A stretch of DNA of 64,000 nucleotides. Source: Hydrogenophaga intermedia. Its GTDB lineage: Bacteria; Pseudomonadota; Alphaproteobacteria; Rhizobiales; Beijerinckiaceae. The position numbers and the translations under genes were made by a program. The DNA is taken from assembly GCA_943370645.1 (NCBI GenBank), contig CALRRR020000012.1, positions 7,852 to 71,851 on the forward strand, written 5' to 3'. How positions within the stretch are numbered: position 1 is the stretch's first letter; every line of letters starts with the position of its first letter. Below the pieces are notes generated by a model. It did not search any database. It was not told where the DNA came from and saw only the letters and a program-made list of their open reading frames with translations. Shown in pieces: positions 63,300 through 64,000 of this stretch.

Positions 63300-64000
63300 T
63301 TGTGCGCCGTTTCCTGCTCTGGGCCCGCACCGCCAGCGCCAGTGACCGCGCCGCCGGCACGAGGGCGCTGGCCGAAGCCTATTTGCATTCTCCAATGATG
63401 ATCGAGGACCGGCGCGAGGCCGAGACCGCGATGCTGTCGATGCTGGACGATCCTTCTTCATTGGTCCGGCGCGCACTGGCAGAAGCCCTCGCCGGAGAGG
63501 ATGCGCCCCGCGCCGTGATTCTCGGCCTGACGCAGGATCAGTCCGACATTGCCGCTATGGTGCTGGCGGCCTCGCCGGTGCTGACCGAGGGCGATCTTGT
63601 GGATGCGGTCGCAGTCGGGGACGAGCTGGCCCAGAGCGCGGTGGCGCGGCGGGCGGATGTCACGATCTCGCTCGCAGCGGCCATCGTCGAGGTCGCCTGC
63701 CCGGCGGCGATCCGGCTGCTGCTGGGCAATCCATCGGCGCAGATCGCGGCCTCGACCCTCCAGCGCGCGACAGATCGTTGCGGCGACATCGCCGAGGTGC
63801 GGGAAGCCTTGCTGGCGCGCCCCGACCTGCCGGTGGCGATCCGACACCAGTTGGCGCTCCAGGTCGCATCGGCCCTGTCTGTCTGGGCTGGCGGCTGCGG
63901 GCTGATGAGCCGCGACCGGGCTGACCGTGTGACGCGTGAATCGAGCGAGAAGGTTGCCGTTGAACTTGCCATGCGGCCCGAGGCCTTCGAGGCCGAGCTG
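63296..64000 (+). CDS. DUF2336-like HEAT/ARM-repeat protein (N-terminal part; runs off the window end)
   Basis: This gene is absent from the ORF track because it has no stop in the window. My translation from GTG 63296, which overlaps the upstream TGA, is open for 235 codons. It reads VIVRRFLLWARTASASDRAAGTRALAEAYLHS...MLDDPSSLVRRALAEALAGEDAPRAVILGLTQDQSDIAAMVL. Confidence 0.6.
   Translation, partial: MIVRRFLLWARTASASDRAAGTRALAEAYLHSPMMIEDRREAETAMLSMLDDPSSLVRRALAEALAGEDAPRAVILGLTQDQSDIAAMVLAASPVLTEGDLVDAVAVGDELAQSAVARRADVTISLAAAIVEVACPAAIRLLLGNPSAQIAASTLQRATDRCGDIAEVREALLARPDLPVAIRHQLALQVASALSVWAGGCGLMSRDRADRVTRESSEKVAVELAMRPEAFEAEL

Overview
This is a 64-kb piece of a high-GC alphaproteobacterial chromosome, Hyphomicrobiales/Rhizobiales-like by gene content and repeat type. 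All protein family calls come from motif recognition by eye; no database search was run.

Bases 1-18.6 kb hold a flagellar basal-body and export locus in divergent units. On the minus strand are fliL, fliM, a DUF6468-like gene and a MotE-like gene. On the plus strand are flgF, flgG, flgA and flgH. Next come an MFS transporter, dksA and a 1214-aa secreted repeat protein. A long FliO-like gene and fliP follow on the minus strand. flgB, flgC, fliE, fliQ, fliR and flhB are on the plus strand. Perfect TTAA-N7-TTAA (CtrA-type) boxes sit in both divergent promoter gaps. The cell-cycle hybrid kinase gene cckA follows flhB directly.

Bases 21.28-22.99 kb carry a two-gene DarT (DUF4433 ADP-ribosyltransferase) and DarG (macrodomain) toxin-antitoxin / anti-phage module. 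It is wedged tightly between cckA and a housekeeping gene, has no mobility genes, and darT is AT-shifted. This is the only clearly accessory insertion and the top finding, although the DarTG family itself is already described.

The remainder is mostly housekeeping: rpsD, murI, map, radC, gpt, arfB, hisI, folE, yidD, thrS and one tRNA-Leu(UAA).

Other points worth a second look:
- a c-di-GMP neighbourhood at 40.3-47.1 kb: a HAMP-PAS-GGDEF-EAL sensor, a LapG-like BTLCP protease, a tandem-PilZ protein and a PAS_5-like protein
- a strong orphan intrinsic terminator in a 443-bp divergent gap at 47.4 kb, suggesting an sRNA or a leader attenuator
- a REP/MITE-like inverted repeat at 45.6-45.8 kb
- several conserved-unknown gene pairs

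I saw no rRNA, CRISPR array, transposase or integrase. Many of the long ORFs in the supplied track are antisense shadow ORFs of the kind high-GC DNA produces.
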